Shown one piece after another: positions 56,173 to 64,000 of a stretch of 64,000 nt of DNA; positions within the stretch are counted from its first letter, which is position 1; the number at the start of each line of letters is the position of its first letter. The position numbers and the translations under genes were made by a program. The notes beneath the pieces are model-generated. The model had not been told where the DNA came from and made no database searches. It worked only from the letters and a program-made list of their open reading frames with translations. This DNA comes from the human T2T-CHM13v2.0 reference genome, Homo sapiens: the NCBI RefSeq assembly GCF_009914755.1, contig NC_060926.1; one strand, 5' to 3'.

Positions 56173-58488
56173 GAAATACCTTAGAGTCTAACACTTAAAC
56201 TACTGACGATTATGTTGCTAGGATGAGACTCAGACCATGGAGGTTCACAAATTACTAGGAATCTCACCTAGAGTGGCAAGATTCTCAGCTAAGCATTGGA
56301 TCTCAGACTGATGAAGCAACACTGCATTACTAACTCTTTATAAAAATTTGTTTATTTATTTTCTATATCCTGCATTGTTACCAAAAAGGCTCAAGATGGC
56401 TTATAAGGTATATATAATAAAATATTTTAAAGAGAATAATAATAATAGCATTGTTGGAAATACTTGTGAAGAGAAAATATGAATAAGAAACAGAAGCCAT
56501 CGAAGAAGAAGATACACAAAACTCATGCAAAGAGATCTAGTATCTGTGTTTTATTTTGCAATAAGAAGGTTGAGGACAATGTCCATTACCTTAGTGAAGG
56601 CCACCTGTATAATATCCCTTATGAGACAGCCTTCCAAAATTTAGTGACAGGAAAATCTTTGTCTAATTTGAAGAACTGCTGTGCTTCCTTCTTAATGATA
56701 ATAATGCTTTTACGAATTACTGTGTTTTTCTCCCTGACTTCCAGAAAGCACAGGGCCAAATTTTATGGCAATCATGAAAACTATTTTAATCTTCACAACT
56801 GGAATATTTTCCTTTTCTTTCTTTGAATACTTAAAATATTTTAGTTGTATTATACATATGATTCATATTATAGCCCAGTTTAATTCACTTTTGGAAGAAA
56901 TTTTTTTAAATCAACATATAATCAATCAACACATTTTGTTTCATTCTGAGTATTGTTGAAAAGGATGAACTTTCATGTACCAATAACGAGTTACTCATTT
57001 ATTTTTAATAAAACTAATTCAGCTAGTGTGAGTATTTTGGGTATATCTAACACAGGGTTACTTCTGAGGAAAGGTAAATTAAAAAAGAATTATAATATTG
57101 AAAACTACACCTAAAGGAAAGAGAGGAGCGACTATGAAATGGAACAAATTCAGATCTTATGTCATTGTGTACAATGCTTCAGTAGAATCAGTTTCTTTGT
57201 ATCAGCTTCTCTACTGTGCTGATGTCTAACCCTCAGAAGTGAGACAGTTGAGTCTGCTATTTTCAGTGTAGAAAAGGACACATCCGCCAAGACTGTAGTC
57301 CTACAAAGTTTGCTCTCCTGCAAAAAGATGTGTTCTTGTGGATAGCCATGGCATGGCCTTGGGAAGATGGAGTTAGGCTATCTACTAGCATGTCTTCAAT
57401 GCACCCAGATGCTGTCCCACCCACCTCAATACATTGCCATTAAAGTTCTATCCATTTAAGTCTTTGGGTCTTGATTAAATTTAGGTAGTTTTAGCAACAC
57501 CGTTAAATAAAACTATTTTCCTTCATTTACTCTTTGGACGAATAAAATGTTTGCGATAGATTTCGATGTGTGGAGATGGGAGAAAGGCTGAGGATGAAGC
57601 CTTTGGAGGGAAAAAAGGGAAAGACGTGAAAGAGAGGATGATGGAAAACTGGAGGAGGAGGAGAAACTAGAATTTTCTCATTTATTAATTTCTGCCCCTT
57701 TAGTTCAAAAATGGTGAGCATGTTCAACTGATTACTTAATTAATCGGTTATAGAGTATTTTTCAGAAAGAGTCTTAACAGTCTCAATACAAATTGACTTG
57801 CACTATATCCATGTTATCTTCCTGCTCACTTCTGTGGTTAAGTTCTGTGAATCAGCCTTAGTTTTAGATTTTCTTACTTGTAGCCAATTGTATTAAACAT
57901 TAATGAAATTGAAACTTTATCTTTTTAAAATCTGTGGGAAATTAAGTTTTGTAGTCCAAAGTATTTGCCCTTAAGAATATTGATTCTAAAATATAACACA
58001 TATCAAGACTTTAAGACTTTATGATCGCGTGAATGATCTATGAAAGAGACATATAGCCTTTTCGTTTATGATTTTTATGTGAATGATTATTAGTATGTAT
58101 ATAGTAAATGTTGAGTAACTTGACTTTATTTTTCTATTACATTATAATGATCTTTTTAATTACAGAATTTTAATTAAATTTGGCAGTATTTTACTAAAAT
58201 TCTTTAACAAAGAACTTTTTGCATGTTCTGTTATATTGTTTTCTTGGAAGTTGTAAATAAAACTATAGGCCATATCTATATAGAAGCCTCACCACTATTA
58301 TTACTTCAGGTGTTAAATAACATCTATTTTGTACTTGATGGCTGTCAGCCTGTAATTCTTGCTTTGTTATACCTTGAGTATTTTAATAGTTTTCATTACA
58401 TTTGTAGTATTTACACCCTACCCTATCATTGCATTTTTTAAATGGTGAAATTAAGTAATATAATCTTTATTTAACTGTCTTATTTGAC

Positions 58489-58660
58489 CAGAGGTACTCA
58501 GTCTAGGCTGAGAAACATCAGGGGAGCTTTTAAAAATCCAATTGTCCATGCCACACCCCTAATTAATTAAGGCAGAATCTCTGGGGTTTGGACCCAGGTA
58601 TCAGAATTTTTTAAACCTCCCCAGCTGATTTCAACATGCAGCCAGGTTTGAGAAGCACAG
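58489..58660. mobile_element. MER5-family MITE
   Basis: GGGGAGCTTTTAAAAAT...CAGAATCTCTGGGG...CTCCCCAGCTGATTTCAACATGCAGCCAGGTTTGAGAAGCAC. Confidence 0.85.
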
Positions 58661-61600
58661 GATAGGGCAGTAAAGCACATCTGTTCTGAGCCACTCCTGT
58701 TGGCCCCAATAGATTCTGCAAAAGATTCCCTGCCTCAGGCTTCATGCCCATTTGGTTTGTTCCTGTCCTGCTTCCTAAATCAATTTCAATCCAATAGTAT
58801 CTTGATACAGTGCAGAAGATGTGCAAGTATTTTTTAGCAGGTTTTACCTAACAAAGTGATTGGCTTACTACAATATGCCAAATTCCAAACTTTGTCTTTT
58901 CATAGGCATAAATAATTGTGTCTGACGTTCATTATAAATGCTATTTATGAAATAATCAAGAATTCTGGGGAATTAACCACTCAAATTGGATATGCTATTC
59001 AAAAATCATGTATGTGACCCACAGGTCAGGCATATATTCAGAAAAAATATATACATACACACATATATATTCGAATACTTGTGTTTGTGTTTGTGTTTGT
59101 GTGTATGTATAAAATCTTTCCTTGAGTATAGAAGGATTAGTCTTGGTTGTTGTTAGGAACCTCAAAATTGGAGGCAGGAGCCTGAACTTTCTCCCTTGCT
59201 CTGTGTCTGCCTCTGCCTGAAAATTCTGTCATTTTTATTGTATAGACAGTTAAAAATGTAAAATCAGGTGAGATTGATTTTTCGTCTCTCCACCGCCCAC
59301 ATTTTTTTAAGTGCAGAAGCTTGGGATAAATATCCTTAAGTAAGGAAGTTTAAGTGCCTATTCTGACAGTTACAAATAATTTTATACAACAGTCAGACAG
59401 ACAAATTGTGCCGATTGTCTGTATTTCTTTAAAAAAAAAAAAAGGAGAGAGAGCGAGAGAGAAAGTCTGGCCTGGAGACTAGAGTAAATCACAGAAGTGA
59501 TCTCAAGTGAACAGAGATAGATTTCTGGAATACGGTGTGCGATGAAACCACTGACCTCTTATACATGGGTTCATGTCTTTTTCTACAGAAACAGATGGGT
59601 AATAGCATAATGCCGAAATCATGCTCTACATAATATGGACCTAGTGATTGCAGACCTGATTGCTTGCCATATGGTTGCTGAAGGGTTGAAGAGAAAATGG
59701 GATGATATGCAAACCCTTAAAAGCAACATTTTTATTGAATGGCCATTACATTAAAACCCAAACTCTGCAAATGAAGGCAAGAACTGTGGTGAATAATGAC
59801 GAAATAACAAAGCAATAAAAGCAGCAGCAGCATTGTATGTATTTTGTTTTCGATATGCAAATGAAGGGCAGACTTATTTTTGTCACTTTGCCTAACATTA
59901 TTATGAGCATTAGCGGGTAAGGTGGTGGCACATAAATGCCTTTAGAGCAGAAATACTATGTGTGTAGGGCATTGCTACATTCACTAGGTCAGAGAGAGAA
60001 GATAATAATCACGTGTCCCAGAGGAACTGAATTTGACTCAGAAGCTACCTGCAGTCTGTGACTATCCGCCTGTGAAGTTCAGTCTATCAGCAAGAAGGTA
60101 GTAGTAAAAACCTGTTTGAGAGTCTAGTGTGATCATGCAAAATGAGGAAGCGTGTTTACTTTTTGCCTTTGAATTTCCTCATGCAGATTTTGCTGCCACC
60201 TCATTGTTGGCAAACAGGTGTATGGGATAAGGCGGGTGCCATTTCCCAGAGTGTATTACAGTTTAGTTGAGCAGCTGTGATCTGTTTTGCTCTGAGTTTT
60301 GTTTTTAGCATGTTACTGGGAACAGATAGGTTTTTTTTTTTTCTTTAAAGAATTTTTTTATTAGCTTGCTTCAAATTTGCATACACTTCATTTCCTGTCT
60401 CTTTAACGAATGTCTTTCAATCATGCAAAATCATAAGAGTTTGTGCTCTCAGAAATGCAACTCAAATACATTAAACTAAACCTACTTAGAGTGTGTGGAG
60501 GGTAATGAGGTGAAAGGTAAAAACTCAGTCCTTCAGTGAGAAGTCAGAAGCATCTTATTTTATTTTAGAATATAAGAGCTACTGATCAAGGACCAAATAT
60601 CCACACTTAGTATATATTATTATGCTAACAAATCTATGGAGATTTGGGGACTTTATAGTCCCTAGTGCCTACCTATGAAGGTTCATTTTTAAAGAATTTT
60701 TTTTTAAAAGCCTACATATGGCACCTTGCTATGAATTAACTTCCCTATTAAACTGTATGTAATTTTTTAAAATTCCTAAATGCTAAACTGTGATTAGTGG
60801 GAAGTCCGTGCAGTTTGCTTTTATTTTCCTCACACCTTGTTTCTTCTGAACAGCTCCATTGCTTTAATTCATATTTCCAGAAGCAGAGACATCCCTTGAG
60901 AGTTTTTAATACTGACCAAATTCAAGTTGTCAGTATTAAATAGCTTGTATACATTGTGCCTTCCCATTGTTTATAAAAAGTTTATGTGAAGAAAGAGACT
61001 GAATTTGGCTAATATGAGATTTGGGAATGTTCTTTAATTTACCTGAATTTTTATCAGTAATTGTAAAGGATAATTAAAAGTTCTTATGTTAAGTTGGAAT
61101 GGGGTAATTTGCAGTTTTATCAAGTTTCCTGTTAATGTTGATGTTTTCAATCACTGGGATCACGTTTTCAGAATCATTGTCTATGTTTCAGTGCCTGTGG
61201 TCAAGCAGAAGCCTTAGCACCATCAAATATTATTGATTTGAGCATAAAAAGAGTTTGGGAAGTCTTGGATTTATTTGATGTTTTAAAAATAATGGCTTGC
61301 ACACTTAAGCCAGCTAGTGAAACCGCATTGAACAAAAACAAGACACCTCTATTTAAAGTGGGTGAACATAGAGGAGGAAGACCACCTTATCCCTGATGAG
61401 ATGCAACTTTTCGTGTTTCATCACTGTTAAAAGCAATCAGTAAGGTCTGCATCCTCTGAAAATATTCATCACTTAGGTTTGGCAGCTGAGACCTGTGCAC
61501 CTTTGAAATCCTGTTTGCTTTTGCTGGAAGAATAAGAATTTCTATAGTAGTGTTCAAAGAACCCCATCCACTTAAATGAATCCCAGAATTGTTAGGCATT

Positions 61601-62830
61601 TCATCAGCCTCATTGCTTTTATTACTTTCTGTGGCCTAAAGACATATGACAAGTGTAGTATAGTATTTAAGACATTTTATGTATGGCGAAAGAATTTTTC
61701 CCCCCAGTGATGAGGAAAATTTTCTTCCTGCCTAGAAAGCTGATTTTTATACAGCTTGACTAGTGACATATCTCCTTTGTGGCAGAAATAAGTTTTGCAT
61801 AACTTTTAAGCGCCCAGGCTGACCTATTTAACAGAAACCCAGTGCTACATAATGTATTTAGGTCAAGTATTGTGTTTGAGCTTCTCATCACTCTTGTACT
61901 TGTCTTGCTTTCTGTGAAAACCTCAGGTATATCATACATACAAATATAGGCTGAGTGATGTCGCCTGACATCAAAATGTAATAAGCCTCTATATAACATA
62001 ATTGTCATATCACCCTGTTGTATCACTGGAGTTTAAAAGGAATCTAAGATTTTAATGAAATATCTGCCCTACTGGTTTTACTTTAAGGCATTCACAATGC
62101 TACTATTAAGTATTACTATGAGAACCTGAAAAGAATCAGTGGCGTTAAAATGCTTTTGAATGCCATTACTATTTGGAAAACTTTTCTTTAAAAATTAAAG
62201 AAAATAGTGGTCTGCTTTTGTTTTTTGGTAACTTTTTATTTGAGAAGTCAAATTATTAAGTTTTGCAACATATCTCTAAATATTGGCAGAAATTTCTTGG
62301 ATAGAGTTTGAAGCCTGAATATGGGCAGTGTCATTATCTGAACATGTTGGAAGATGAATCCATCCGTCTTATAACAATACCTCATTGTTTCTGAAATTCT
62401 TAAATTGTATAAATGTGAATTTGAAATAAAATTTAATACCTATTTTAAACTAGCTTCTAACAATATTTATCTAATATATTTGTTCCCCTGGTCTAAATAG
62501 AGAACATTGATTATTATTATTGTTTTTTAAAATTGATGCTAATTATATTTCCCTTTTATTGTTGTACTTATATCCCACTTCCCATTCCCCAGGATCCCGA
62601 AAGAAGTGCTTGAGCTTTAGGTCAACCCATATCTGGAAGGGACAAAAGAAACTTCTAATTTAGTTCTTTAGTGTGGGTATGTAATACACTAGTATTCCCA
62701 TTTTATTGCTTACAAAAGTAAGATCCGCTTGCTAAAGAGGATCAGTCCATAGTGTACTACCGGTTAGAAATCCACTCTCCTGCCTTGTTGTGCAGAAATA
62801 TCATGGCTGCAGAACCCAGGCTGTAAAATT

Positions 62831-62963
62831 AGTGGGTCTCAACCCTGGCTGCACATTAGAATCACCTGGGGAGATTTTGAAATGATACCAGTGTCTGGGC
62901 CCCACCCCAGCCCATTAAGCCAGAATCTCTGGGAATAGGGCCTGGGCAAGGATTTCTTTTCTG

Positions 62964-62996
<33 letters not shown>

Positions 62997-63041
62997 CTCC
63001 CCAGGTGATTCTAATTGTGCAGCCAGGGTTGAGAACCAGTG
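62831..63041. mobile_element. MER5-family MITE with internal T29
   Basis: TCTCAACCCTGGCTGCACATTAGAATCACCTGGGGAG and its inverted copy; internal CAGAATCTCTGGG. Confidence 0.9.
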
Positions 63042-63324
63042 TTTTAAATTAAACAGCACACAAGTTCGTCCTCAGTCTATAGGAATCACTTTCTCAGCAA
63101 TCACAGCTCCAGTCACAAATTGCCAAATGAAAATTAGTTATAAACGTGGAGGGAAAGAGAGTCCATGTTATGAAATCCCTCTTTGCAACCTGTCTATACA
63201 GAGAATCAGACTGAGGCTTGAGAACAGAAGCTCTGACCAGGAGTTATGAATATGAAAACAATGACTACCCTGGACGCCTTCCCACTGCCTTTATTCACAA
63301 CAAGAACTGGTGAAGCACAGTGTT

Positions 63325-63470
63325 AACGTACAAAGCCAGGCAAGTTATGTACCCACTCCGTTCCATCATCATCGTCTATAAGATGCGGATAGGAATAGGA
63401 TGGTTAGAAGAATTAAATTAAAAATATAACACGTCTGATCTACTGAAGGCATGATGAAATAAGTGTTTTA
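63325..63470 (+). mobile_element. MIR SINE, degenerate
   Basis: GGCAAGTTATGTACCCAC...CATCGTCTATAAGATG...GAATTAAATTAAAAATATA. Confidence 0.45.
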
Positions 63471-64000
63471 AGATAAAGAATTAAGAACCACAGTTCTTGT
63501 TTTAGGCCAAATAGGCAAGCAGTAAATTTGTCTGTCATTGCTTTTGTTTGGCTACACAATGGATAGATTGAAATGAATATTAGTAGGTATATTATGCACT
63601 TTGAAACCAAATATAAGTGACCTTTAAGTTATCTATTATTTGGATTGTGTGATCTCTGTTACGGCAGGCTTTAAAATATGAATTCCTCCTCCTCACCTTC
63701 CCCTTCCTATTACTGTTTTTTTTTTCAGATAAATATGATCTTAACACAGTACATTAGTATATTGCAATAATTGTAGGAGAAGAGCTTTTTGGTTATACAT
63801 ATTGAGGAGCTTAACTTTTTGAATATCGGTTGTGGCATAGTGAATGAGGAATTCCATTTGCGGCGTGGGTAGTGCATCTCAAAGGATCACATCCACTGCT
63901 ATGGCTCATCTTACTTTGCATTTATAAACCTATACATTTGTTTTTGTTCATCAGACAGACAGTAAATACACATTCGCTCTCTGTACTTTTTCTTTAACTA

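Overview
This is primate (human-like), AT-rich, non-coding genomic DNA, either intronic or intergenic. I found no credible host protein-coding exon, RNA gene, CpG island or CRISPR array. The only real protein homology in the ORF track is the C-terminus of L1 ORF2 (1182-1793, -); the other ORFs are Alu-derived, repeat-derived or chance. The first ~38 kb is repeat-dense: a 5'-truncated L1PA with a 15-bp TSD and an expanded AT tail, 12 Alus, MIR/L2/L3/L1M relics, MER5, MER47A, MER102, and a nested hAT element. No Alu is visible after 37.7 kb, and 43-51.7 kb is poor in recognisable repeats and looks enhancer-like. The most notable observations are (i) a MER4-type LTR fragment that ends in poly(A) and looks like an L1-retrotransposed ERV transcript, (ii) a ~21-bp micro-L1 insertion between 18-bp direct repeats, (iii) a MER5 MITE whose ~37-bp arms are almost perfectly complementary, and (iv) a monomeric Alu with a left-arm-type start on a right-arm body. 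I see no evidence for a new multi-gene system. Repeat subfamily names come from recalled consensus sequences and need RepeatMasker/Dfam confirmation.
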